The notes beneath the pieces were generated by a model. The model was not told the DNA's origin. It saw only the letters and a list, made by a program, of their open reading frames with translations, and made no database searches. Shown in pieces: positions 1 through 7,987 of a DNA stretch of 64,000 nucleotides. Numbering within the stretch: the stretch's first letter is position 1; each line of letters begins with the position of its first letter. The translations under genes were made by a program, and so were the position numbers. The stretch is from a virus (Duplodnaviria; Caudoviricetes): positions 32,001-96,000 of IMG/VR virus record IMGVR_UViG_3300009185_000001. The stretch is one strand, 5' to 3'.

Positions 1-143
1 CAATTGCTTCAAATTTCTCTTTATCATCTCTATAGCTATCTTGCTCCATTTCAAGCCAATATATATCTTTAGATGAAAGGTTTTTTTCTTTTGTCAATAC
101 TTCGGTATCGTCTGGATCTCTCATAATTTATTTTGCAAAAGAA

Positions 144-251
144 TTAACCATGGCATAAACGTAAAAACATGGCAAAAAGGTAAAAAGCTAATGAGCAAAC
201 AAATGCAAACCAAATAAATGCTTTGCCAAATTTTTCAAATAATGGGTTCAT
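144..251 (-). CDS. Small hydrophobic peptide (35 aa, MNPLFEKFGKAFIWFAFVCSLAFYLFAMFLRLCHG)
   Basis: Manually translated ORF below the track cutoff; one TM-like stretch; co-oriented with neighbours. Confidence 0.45.
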   Translation of the reverse strand: MNPLFEKFGKAFIWFAFVCSLAFYLFAMFLRLCHG

Positions 252-266
252 GTAATCAATATAGAA

Positions 267-602
267 TTATTCGTAGGACAAGTCAAGCCAATTTGTATCG
301 TCTGGCATTATTTCTACATTTACTCCAGCTTCTTTGGATTTGTTGATAATGTCCTGCAAAACTCCGTGACCATAGATAGTAGCACCATAACGATTTTCAT
401 TGCAAGAATAAACAGAACCAGAATAACCTTTAAACAGATAAAAATTTTCTTCTTTTGTAACTTTTGTAATACCGCTATTTAGTTTCCAAGAGTCTTCACT
501 TAAATAACCTCCATACCAACAAGCAAATACTTTATAAGTCAAAGGAAATTTTTTTCCCTCAATCTTGACAACTAGCCATTTGTCCGGTGTGTATTGTTTC
601 AT
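267..602 (-). CDS. Conserved phage hypothetical protein
   Basis: 111 aa ORF; PDKWLVVKI...WYGGY...WKLNSGI...GYSGSVY pattern resembles a common phage hypothetical family. Confidence 0.75.
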   Translation of the reverse strand: MKQYTPDKWLVVKIEGKKFPLTYKVFACWYGGYLSEDSWKLNSGITKVTKEENFYLFKGYSGSVYSCNENRYGATIYGHGVLQDIINKSKEAGVNVEIMPDDTNWLDLSYE

Positions 603-659
603 AAATTACTATTTAAAATATTTTAAAGTATTTTTAATTTTTACTCTAAAAATACATTC

Positions 660-1958
660 ATCTGAGATAAGTATAATAAATGATCGGGAAATGTCAAGAA
701 CTAAAAGAGAACGAAATGCATAAAGCATTTAAGTTCCGTTTGCTTCCTACAAAGGAGCAAGAAGTTCTTTTAGCAAAGCACTTTGGATGTTCTAGATTCA
801 TCTATAATCACTTTTTATCTGAAAAGCAAAAACATTATTTGGAAAACAAAACAACGTTGAATTTTAATCAATGTGCAGGAAATTTAGTAGCTAAGAAAAA
901 AGAAGAAGGATATGAATGGTTAAAAGAAGTTAATTCGCAAGTTCTTATATCCACTCTAATGAATTTGGAAACAGCTTATGGCAATTTTTTTAAAAAGAAA
1001 TCTAAGTTCCCTCGTTTTAAATCAAAAAAGAATAAAAATTCGTTTCAGATCCCTCAACATATTTCTTTAAAAGAAGAAAATGTAGTTCAAATACCAAAGT
1101 TCAAAGAAGGATTAAAATTTGTTAAACATAGAGAACTAAAAGGAGAAATTAAATCAGCAACCATTTCCAAATTAACTACAGGAAAATACTACATTTCCTT
1201 CCTGTGCGTTGTGGAAAAGCCAATTAAACACAAGAAAACAGGAAAGAGCATTGGAATTGATTTGGGGTTGAAAGACTTCATTATTACTTCTGAAGAACAG
1301 AGATATTGTAATCCGAAGTTCACTAAGAAGTATGAAGCTAAGTTAGCTAAAAAGCAAAGAATTTTAAGTAGAAAAGAAAAAGGATCAAAAGGAAGAGACA
1401 AAGCTAGAATAGCTGTTGCAAAGGTACATGAGAAGATAACCAATTCTCGTAATGATATGCAACATAAAGTTTCTTCTAAGTTAGTAAAAGACTACGATCT
1501 AATTGCAATAGAAGACCTGAATGTTAAAGGAATGGTTAAAAACCATAAACTCGCTAAAGCAATATCAGATGTAGCTTGGTCAAGCTTTGTGACCAAATTA
1601 AAGTACAAAGCACAATGGAATGATAAAGAAGTGATCACTATAGATCGTTTTTATCCTTCCAGCAAAACATGTAGTTGCTGTGATCAGGTCAAAGAGAGTC
1701 TTTCATTGGATGAAAGAACTTGGACTTGTTCTAAATGCAATACAATACATGATAGAGATGTTAATGCTTCAAAGAATATTTTAAGAAGAGCATTAGCAAT
1801 TCAATCGGCAGGAACTGTCGATAACAGGAATGGAGCTAAGGTAAGACCAAAGGAGATCTCAAAGGTTTCTAGAGGCACTGGCGTTGAAGTTCTTAAAAAG
1901 AAGAATGGACGTAAGTACATTCTGAAGCCAGTAGGTCTTTAGCCTACTGGCAGTTCAC
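660..1958 (+). mobile_element. Solo TnpB (IS1341-like) element with no tnpA; left boundary uncertain
   Basis: tnpB in opposite orientation to flanking genes; right-end hairpin then ...AGTTCAC; no Y1 transposase nearby. Confidence 0.7.
680..1942 (+). CDS. tnpB: IS200/IS605-family TnpB RNA-guided endonuclease
   Basis: N-terminal HTH (KAFKFRLLPT...FGCSRFIYN), RuvC-I GIDLG, RuvC-II IAIEDL, Zn ribbon CSCC/CSKC, RuvC-III HDRDVNASKNI; all three catalytic residues present; alternative start at 716. Confidence 0.95.
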   Translation: MIGKCQELKENEMHKAFKFRLLPTKEQEVLLAKHFGCSRFIYNHFLSEKQKHYLENKTTLNFNQCAGNLVAKKKEEGYEWLKEVNSQVLISTLMNLETAYGNFFKKKSKFPRFKSKKNKNSFQIPQHISLKEENVVQIPKFKEGLKFVKHRELKGEIKSATISKLTTGKYYISFLCVVEKPIKHKKTGKSIGIDLGLKDFIITSEEQRYCNPKFTKKYEAKLAKKQRILSRKEKGSKGRDKARIAVAKVHEKITNSRNDMQHKVSSKLVKDYDLIAIEDLNVKGMVKNHKLAKAISDVAWSSFVTKLKYKAQWNDKEVITIDRFYPSSKTCSCCDQVKESLSLDERTWTCSKCNTIHDRDVNASKNILRRALAIQSAGTVDNRNGAKVRPKEISKVSRGTGVEVLKKKNGRKYILKPVGL

Positions 1959-1978
1959 CTGGACAATACTCACTCACG
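1790..1978 (+). ncRNA. Putative omega/reRNA (scaffold overlapping tnpB 3' end; guide from ~1959)
   Basis: Hairpin GCCAGTAGG-tctttag-CCTACTGGC (1927-1951) followed by AGTTCAC; TnpB omegaRNAs are known to overlap the ORF end and transposon right end; 5' boundary is a guess. Confidence 0.6.
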
Positions 1979-2297
1979 ATTCAATAATAAATTCACCCTC
2001 TTTGCATTTATCTGGAGAAAGATATAAAGAAATTGTTTGTTCTTCATTAACCCATGTTCCAAAAAGAACTGGAAATTCTAAAGTATCTCCGTCATTCTTT
2101 TCGACTTTATATTTTGAAGACATTTGAATGTATTTGTAAATTTTTGGTCCACAATATAGAGTATTAAGATCTACACTGTACTTCCCATAAAAACTCTTTG
2201 TACTAGACAAAAATTCATCAATTTTTTTAATGATTTCGCTAGGAGTTAGTGTAGATATATTTTCTATTATATTTTCTAGTTCGTATGTTATTTTCAT
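1974..2297 (-). CDS. Hypothetical protein
   Basis: 107 aa ORF in tightly packed minus-strand run. Confidence 0.6.
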   Translation of the reverse strand: MKITYELENIIENISTLTPSEIIKKIDEFLSSTKSFYGKYSVDLNTLYCGPKIYKYIQMSSKYKVEKNDGDTLEFPVLFGTWVNEEQTISLYLSPDKCKEGEFIIES

Positions 2298-2300
2298 AAA

Positions 2301-2501
2301 TTAAAAATGATCTGGAATGTTTCTAATAGCTTGATCAAGCTTCTTATACAGGTTTGGAATCTTTGTTTCGTTTTGTTTTTCTTCGGTATATAGTTTTCCT
2401 TCAAACCAAATCTTACCAGTAGAGTCTTTTATTTCAATTTTATGAAATATAGTTTCATTTTGAAACATTCTATAAATTTTTGTTGTTAATTCGTCGTTCA
2501 T
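2301..2501 (-). CDS. Hypothetical protein
   Basis: 66 aa ORF; ATGA overlap with upstream ORF. Confidence 0.55.
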   Translation of the reverse strand: MNDELTTKIYRMFQNETIFHKIEIKDSTGKIWFEGKLYTEEKQNETKIPNLYKKLDQAIRNIPDHF

Positions 2502-2734
2502 AAATCTTCAATAATATCAAACCAAGTTAGTTCTACTTCTTCGTTTGTTTCTTCTAGTATAACACCAGTTGAAGAAGAAGCAACACTAATTTTCTTTACT
2601 GTATAAACTTGTCCAGATACTAGCTTCTTTGCATTCTCAATTCTATTTGTGAACCAATGCATAGTGGATTCTCTAAACCTAATCTTGTCTCCAACTTTGG
2701 TGTTTTGGTATGTTGCGTATTTTCTAGGTATCAT
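2498..2734 (-). CDS. Hypothetical protein (small beta-rich)
   Basis: 78 aa ORF; ATGA-type overlaps on both sides. Confidence 0.6.
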   Translation of the reverse strand: MIPRKYATYQNTKVGDKIRFRESTMHWFTNRIENAKKLVSGQVYTVKKISVASSSTGVILEETNEEVELTWFDIIEDL

Positions 2735-3225
2735 TCTAATATATGTCCTCTAAATGTGTATCTCAGTTCAGGGTTATCTAGGCGATATGGAACAAAACTA
2801 GCACTGTCACATCCTTTAGTTTTAACAGAAACAATAATCATATACAATAGATATTTCTTGCATTTAAGATATTCTCTTAAATCCTGCATCGTCTTAAAAG
2901 TTTTATTTGATGCTGCTTCTACCTTAGTTTTATATTTAAAAATGGGTGCTGTAATATAACCCGAAGCATCTTTGATTGTCTCATAATCAAAGTTAAAATC
3001 GGAACATTCAGTCAACCATAAATCTGGTACTCTATCTGGATTAGGTCCAGATCCTTCCGTATTTTTACCAAGAATATCAATCTGTTTTATAGTTTCTAAC
3101 CATTCGATTGCATCCGTTATACAATTCAAATCGTTTTTATCAGCCTCGTCTTGAACTATATTAGATTTAATTTCATCTAGTTCTTTTGTTATTATGCTTG
3201 TTAATGTTTCTATTTCTGTATTCAT
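2731..3225 (-). CDS. Hypothetical protein
   Basis: 164 aa ORF, coupled by 4-nt overlaps. Confidence 0.65.
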   Translation of the reverse strand: MNTEIETLTSIITKELDEIKSNIVQDEADKNDLNCITDAIEWLETIKQIDILGKNTEGSGPNPDRVPDLWLTECSDFNFDYETIKDASGYITAPIFKYKTKVEAASNKTFKTMQDLREYLKCKKYLLYMIIVSVKTKGCDSASFVPYRLDNPELRYTFRGHILE

Positions 3226-3506
3226 TTGTTTATTTCTTTTTTAAGTTGTGCTATCTCTTCTTTAAGTTTTTTATTCTCAAGAATAAGATCTGTAATGACA
3301 TCGTGTTGAGCTATAACAACAGGGTTTTTAGTATGTTTTTTAAAAGAACCTGACCTTACAAGTTTATCCAAAGTTTCTTCCGTATACTCACTAACCAAAT
3401 GTCCTTTGTCTTTAAACTTTTTCATCGCTGATAAATAGAATTTTTTGCTTTCTTCACTGTAAACAAAAAATTCCCCATCATGAATTCTTTCGTAAAATGT
3501 ATTCAT
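3222..3506 (-). CDS. Hypothetical protein with C-terminal coiled coil
   Basis: 94 aa ORF, coupled by overlaps. Confidence 0.6.
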   Translation of the reverse strand: MNTFYERIHDGEFFVYSEESKKFYLSAMKKFKDKGHLVSEYTEETLDKLVRSGSFKKHTKNPVVIAQHDVITDLILENKKLKEEIAQLKKEINK

Positions 3507-3889
3507 AATAATTCTGGATGTTCAAACTTGTTCCCAATTACTTTTACTTTGCTTTTATAGATGGCATTAGAAAGATTATGTAACCACACATGAGCCAGTG
3601 TTCCTTCAACAGACACTGCTTTAACCGAAAGCAAATAAGCTGCATCTGCATAGGATACTACAGCGGTATATTTTTGAGAATCTTTGTTTGTCAAAGGTCT
3701 TTCATATTCTAAAATATCCCCTTCCCAAATTTCTTTATTATTGCAATCTTTCATTCCTGTGTATTGGGAAGGAACTAGAATACTCCATTCTCTCTCATCA
3801 AACAATTCATCAACAAGTCCATTGTATTTGTATTGTTGTACAAATGCTTTTCCCTGCGGACTCCAAAAACGAAATTTTATTGTTCTCAT
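3503..3889 (-). CDS. YopX-family protein
   Basis: IKFRFW...QYTGMKDCNNKEIWEGDIL...VIGNKFEHPELL is the YopX signature; start placed at MRTIKF. Confidence 0.85.
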   Translation of the reverse strand: MRTIKFRFWSPQGKAFVQQYKYNGLVDELFDEREWSILVPSQYTGMKDCNNKEIWEGDILEYERPLTNKDSQKYTAVVSYADAAYLLSVKAVSVEGTLAHVWLHNLSNAIYKSKVKVIGNKFEHPELL

Positions 3890-4071
3890 CTTGCTTCTAC
3901 TATAACTCGGATTTGTTCTGGTGTCCAATTCTTTTCAATAGCTTCTTTAACAAGCTCTGCTCTCTTGTTTTTATCGTCTCTTTCTAATTTAGACATATAA
4001 CAAAGTGTAAGCAGAATACAACTAAACATAATAGCCATAAATACCAAAACAGGATCAATTTTTTCTTTCAT
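3886..4071 (-). CDS. Small single-TM membrane protein
   Basis: MKEKIDPVLVFMAIMFSCILLTLCY hydrophobic segment; start re-placed at 4071. Confidence 0.55.
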   Translation of the reverse strand: MKEKIDPVLVFMAIMFSCILLTLCYMSKLERDDKNKRAELVKEAIEKNWTPEQIRVIVEAR

Positions 4072-4072
4072 A

Positions 4073-4342
4073 TTATTTTTTAATAAAATTTCTATAACTC
4101 TTTCCAAGAGTTTGTACATAATGAGCAAAGTCATCAATTTCTTGATCATCGTTGTCTACATTGTAAATGTAATCGAAAAGATATTCTTCTCCTTCTTGGG
4201 TTAATTTTAATCCTTTAGACAATTTTTGAAAATAATCTTCTTGAACGTCTTGGAGTTTATTGATGAAGGTTTTAACTTCATGGATTGCGTCTTCTGGATG
4301 TTTTTCTTCGGGTGTGTATGTTTTAAATGTATTATTTTCCAT
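4073..4342 (-). CDS. Hypothetical protein
   Basis: ORF directly downstream of sigma70-like promoter. Confidence 0.65.
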   Translation of the reverse strand: MENNTFKTYTPEEKHPEDAIHEVKTFINKLQDVQEDYFQKLSKGLKLTQEGEEYLFDYIYNVDNDDQEIDDFAHYVQTLGKSYRNFIKK

Positions 4343-4349
4343 CGATATC

Positions 4350-4379
4350 ATTATAACAGTATATTGCCCATATTGTCAA
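4350..4379 (-). promoter_or_regulatory. Sigma70-like early promoter
   Basis: TTGACA-18nt-TATAAT with TG extension; -10 ends 7 nt before ATG at 4342. Confidence 0.7.
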
Positions 4380-4419
4380 CACTAAAGTTAGAATAAAATA
4401 AAAAATTGCGATTGTCATA

Positions 4420-5091
4420 TTATTCGTGTTGTTTTAATTCTATTTTACCACTGTCATCAATCATAGCATAGGTAATCGGTAACTCACACTGAGAACCTAA
4501 ATTTACGCATTCTACTCCACCTACATAGTATTGTTTAGGAACGTGTGTATGACCAAAACAAACTGCATCATACTGGTTATTGTAGCAATACTGAGCAATA
4601 CGGACAGTTAAATCATGCGCTGCTCCGTGCCATGTTTTAATTTTAGTTTTAAGTTTTCTTGTCAGCTTTTGCTTCTTGTCTAGTTTTTGTAGAATATAAT
4701 ATATGCCAGACGCTAATTCTGTCAAAAACGGCTTTGTAGTAATAAAAAAATCAAACTTATCACCATGAGTAAAAAGTATTCTTTTATGGTTAATTGTTTG
4801 CGAATATTCATCTACAAATTCAAACCCAAGAAGAGCGGAAATTGTTTCTAGATCTTTATCATGATTTCCTTTAATAAAGATACATTTTTTATTTTTTGAT
4901 ATTTTTCTTAAAGTTGAAAGAATTTTCCATTGTTGTTTGCAAAGTCTGTGAATATTGTAACTATCCAGTAAGTCTCCACAAATTATTAAAGTATCATATT
5001 TTTCATTTTCTAGTAAATGTAAAGTCAAACTTGCTTGGCAAATTGGACTACCTAAATGTAAATCAGAAAGAGCTAAAATCATATTTTCCAA
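4420..5091 (-). CDS. Calcineurin-like metallophosphoesterase, UDP-2,3-diacylglucosamine hydrolase (LpxH)-like
   Basis: SDLHLG, GDLLD, GNHD, HGD, GHTH motifs in order. Confidence 0.8.
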   Translation of the reverse strand: MENMILALSDLHLGSPICQASLTLHLLENEKYDTLIICGDLLDSYNIHRLCKQQWKILSTLRKISKNKKCIFIKGNHDKDLETISALLGFEFVDEYSQTINHKRILFTHGDKFDFFITTKPFLTELASGIYYILQKLDKKQKLTRKLKTKIKTWHGAAHDLTVRIAQYCYNNQYDAVCFGHTHVPKQYYVGGVECVNLGSQCELPITYAMIDDSGKIELKQHE

Positions 5092-5348
5092 GTTTTAGTT
5101 TCTACAGTGTCAAAACATTGGGAGCATGGTTCTGGATCGTGTTCATAATCATCATATTGAAACAATTGCACAACGTCTTGAAAGGATATAGAATTTTGTT
5201 TAATTCCTTCTTTTACTTTAACAAAAAGATAATCTAATATTTCTTCTTGTTTTTCTAAAGATATCTCAGAAAGAGGCTGATCATTTACATAAAAATTAAA
5301 TGCAGTGCAGCCCGTTACTTCTTCAAATAAATATTTAGTGTTTTCCAT
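5079..5348 (-). CDS. Hypothetical protein
   Basis: 89 aa ORF with C-terminal CxxC. Confidence 0.55.
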   Translation of the reverse strand: MENTKYLFEEVTGCTAFNFYVNDQPLSEISLEKQEEILDYLFVKVKEGIKQNSISFQDVVQLFQYDDYEHDPEPCSQCFDTVETKTWKI

Positions 5349-5523
5349 GATATTGAATAATTTCTTTTTCTACGATTTGTTCCAGTTCTTGCATGTCTAA
5401 TTTGCTTTGGTCTTGTATATAATAACTAAAAACAAAAGCCAGTAATATTAATACAAGAATAACTAAAAAGAATAGGATTTTTTCAAGAATTGGTGTTATA
5501 TTCTTCATACATTTTAATAGCAT
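5335..5523 (-). CDS. Small single-TM membrane protein
   Basis: ILFFLVILVLILLAFVFSYYI hydrophobic helix. Confidence 0.55.
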   Translation of the reverse strand: MLLKCMKNITPILEKILFFLVILVLILLAFVFSYYIQDQSKLDMQELEQIVEKEIIQYHGKH

Positions 5524-5836
5524 TTACTGCCTCCGAATAAAAATTTGGACCAACTACAACTAATATATTTGTTTTAGAGACTTCTTGTAATTGCAAAACA
5601 ACTCCATAAAGTCTTCTCGCAATTTCTTCCAGTTTTTGATTTAATATCCCTACAGGTTCACAGCAATAACAAGATCCTTGAAACCCTTCTATGAAATTTT
5701 CTTTTTGTTTTTCTACAAGAATTCTACCATATCTTTCAATGGCTTCAATAGTGTAAGCGTCTAATTTTTTTAAACATCCATCAGCAGACAATCCGCTTTC
5801 GTAAAATGCAAACTCTTCAAGTTGTTTCTGGTTCAT
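5483..5836 (-). CDS. Hypothetical protein
   Basis: ORF; start re-placed at MNQKQ to limit overlap. Confidence 0.55.
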   Translation of the reverse strand: MNQKQLEEFAFYESGLSADGCLKKLDAYTIEAIERYGRILVEKQKENFIEGFQGSCYCCEPVGILNQKLEEIARRLYGVVLQLQEVSKTNILVVVGPNFYSEAVNAIKMYEEYNTNS

Positions 5837-6326
5837 CGTGGTCGTCATTTTTTTCTCCTTTTGCGTCTTTTTCTTTCCAGTATGCTTCGGTTGATTCATT
5901 ACAAGCTACATAACCTAGCTTTCTTGCTTCTTCATAAGATAGCGTCATATACCATCCACCTTTTTTACACGCTTCTCCATGTTTACCTGACATCTCGCAT
6001 GTTCTGGCGGACTCTGCTTCCGCTTGATTAATAATGTCATCAATAATGTTATTTTCAATACTATTTGCACCATAGACACTTACGTAGAATCTTAATGTCC
6101 CGTACTTTTCCTTAATAGTCGTAGAAATAACCTGCACTTCTCTATCATCTGTTGAACAAAGATCGCAAAAATATTGAAGTTTCTCCATGCATTTATCTAG
6201 AAGATTATACCAGCCATCCTCATGTTGGCAGCCAAAATATAAAGCTGTTTGCATAATATCTCCTTTATAATCTCTGAGGATTTTAGGATACTTTTTTACG
6301 AGTTGGAGTTCTAGTTCTTCATTCAT
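5817..6326 (-). CDS. Conserved phage hypothetical protein
   Basis: GWYNLL...IKEKYGTLRFY...CEMSGKHG...GGWYMTL pattern; TTGACT-16-TAATAT upstream. Confidence 0.7.
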   Translation of the reverse strand: MNEELELQLVKKYPKILRDYKGDIMQTALYFGCQHEDGWYNLLDKCMEKLQYFCDLCSTDDREVQVISTTIKEKYGTLRFYVSVYGANSIENNIIDDIINQAEAESARTCEMSGKHGEACKKGGWYMTLSYEEARKLGYVACNESTEAYWKEKDAKGEKNDDHDEPETT

Positions 6327-6394
6327 ATATCCAATATTAATATATTTTTGAAAGAAGTCAATAGAAAAATACAATATAAAAGATAAATACTTAT

Positions 6395-7375
6395 ATGACC
6401 AAATTAAATAATACGGAACGCGAAGAGTTTATATGTCAAGCATACCTTAACAGGACGCACACTACAACACAGCTTCAACAAGAATTTAGAATATATCCAA
6501 ATGAAATATACAAAGTGTTAAAGAAAAACAATATAGAACTCAGAGGTGCAAATTTACCAAAAGAAAAAGCATTAAAAATTTGCGAAGAATACAAAAGCGG
6601 AAAAAGCTTCAAAAAAGTATGCAAAGATTTGAATGTAGCTGAATCTACAGTGATAAAAATTTTAAAAAAATATAAGGTAGAAACGAGAAAAGACGCAGGA
6701 CAATTTTCAAGAGTCTACAATTTAGACGAAACGATATTAAAAAATATAGATACCTTTGAAAAGGCTCAATTTTTAGGGTTGATATACTCGGATGGATCTT
6801 TATCTAAATACAATAAAAATATATCAATTAGGTTAAGAGAAGATGATAAAAACTACTTGGATGATTGGAGAATTAATTTTCTAAAATCTAATAAACCAAT
6901 GAATTATACATTCAAACCTATAACAATAAGCCCACTTAATAAAAAAGAATATAAAAATACTTATGGAGCATTCATTCTTGATATTTCATCTATAAACGTA
7001 TACAAAGATGCATTAAAATTGGGATTGTGTCCAAACAAAACTAAAGCAAACCTACCAATGCCAAACATTCCGGAAGAACTAAAAATAGCATTTATTTTAG
7101 GATTATTTGAAGGAGATGGAACTGTGGCGTATTGTTTAAGCAATAGAAGCCGATATTTTTCCATAGCTTGTCAAGAAAATATGGGATTAGATATCAAAAA
7201 ATACTTTGACTCTATTGGATTGTTTTCTTCTTTCTATAAAAGAAAATATATATGTACAGTATCAATCAAAAGAAAGGAAGATCTTAAAAAACTTTATAAT
7301 TTGCTCTATCAAGATACATCAATATACATGAAAAGAAAGAAGAAAAAATTTGAGGAAGCTTTAGATGCTTTTTAA
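6395..7375 (+). CDS. Free-standing double-motif LAGLIDADG homing endonuclease with N-terminal HTH repeats
   Basis: FLGLIYSDGS and FILGLFEGDG motifs; two HTH-like segments at the N-terminus. Confidence 0.85.
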   Translation: MTKLNNTEREEFICQAYLNRTHTTTQLQQEFRIYPNEIYKVLKKNNIELRGANLPKEKALKICEEYKSGKSFKKVCKDLNVAESTVIKILKKYKVETRKDAGQFSRVYNLDETILKNIDTFEKAQFLGLIYSDGSLSKYNKNISIRLREDDKNYLDDWRINFLKSNKPMNYTFKPITISPLNKKEYKNTYGAFILDISSINVYKDALKLGLCPNKTKANLPMPNIPEELKIAFILGLFEGDGTVAYCLSNRSRYFSIACQENMGLDIKKYFDSIGLFSSFYKRKYICTVSIKRKEDLKKLYNLLYQDTSIYMKRKKKKFEEALDAF

Positions 7376-7383
7376 TGTCAAGA

Positions 7384-7659
7384 CTATTCTTCCCAACACC
7401 AATTTTTATAATCCCAATGTCTGGAATCATAAATTCTCAGTCCTGCTTCAAATCCCAAAAAATTTAAAGTTATATTCAAACCGCCATGATCTTGTGCAAT
7501 TGGACAAAAATCAAATTCAAATTGAAAAATGTTATGCCCTGAATAAAATGTTTCGAATTCTACATTTTTATATTTAGAAAGTTGTTTGTAAAAAGAAAAA
7601 TACTTTTCAAACTCTTTTCTTGGCTTGCAAAAGTTTCTTAATGTTATATTAAAATACAT
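7384..7659 (-). CDS. Hypothetical protein
   Basis: 91 aa ORF preceded by TTGACA-16-TAATAT. Confidence 0.6.
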   Translation of the reverse strand: MYFNITLRNFCKPRKEFEKYFSFYKQLSKYKNVEFETFYSGHNIFQFEFDFCPIAQDHGGLNITLNFLGFEAGLRIYDSRHWDYKNWCWEE

Positions 7660-7694
7660 TCATTTATATTAGCTTATTTTTTAACAATGTCAAT

Positions 7695-7731
7695 AAAAAA
7701 CCCTATCCGAAGGTTTGAACTCCAGATAGGG
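7695..7731 (-). terminator. Intrinsic terminator with T-loop-like loop
   Basis: CCCTATC-TGGAG-TTCAAAC-CTTCG-GATAGGG followed by TTTTTT on minus strand. Confidence 0.65.
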
Positions 7732-7756
7732 AATATTATGTTTTATTACCGAAATG

Positions 7757-7978
7757 TTAGATGTTTACTAATCTTTCCTCAAATTGAGAAAAGTCAGGAA
7801 GATTTAGAATAACTTCGTCCAAGGTAAATGTAATGTCGTTATTTTCGTCTACTTCCATATCTTCTACAAGAGGAAGAATTGTTTTACATCTTCCAGAGTT
7901 GATGATGTCGATGTATTTAACATCGACATCTTTTTGGAATTGGATATATTGTTCTTTTGATGATTTGAATGTTTTCAT
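7757..7978 (-). CDS. Hypothetical protein
   Basis: 73 aa ORF. Confidence 0.5.
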   Translation of the reverse strand: MKTFKSSKEQYIQFQKDVDVKYIDIINSGRCKTILPLVEDMEVDENNDITFTLDEVILNLPDFSQFEERLVNI

Positions 7979-7987
7979 AGTTTTATA

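Noticed and set aside
603-679. Defined left end and TAM of the TnpB element
   Set aside because: Region is very AT-rich with several candidate motifs (TTAC, TTTAA) and no clear hairpin; cannot be assigned without an empty-site comparison
7701-7731. Full tRNA gene
   Set aside because: Only a T-arm/acceptor-like hairpin; no D-arm, anticodon arm or CCA
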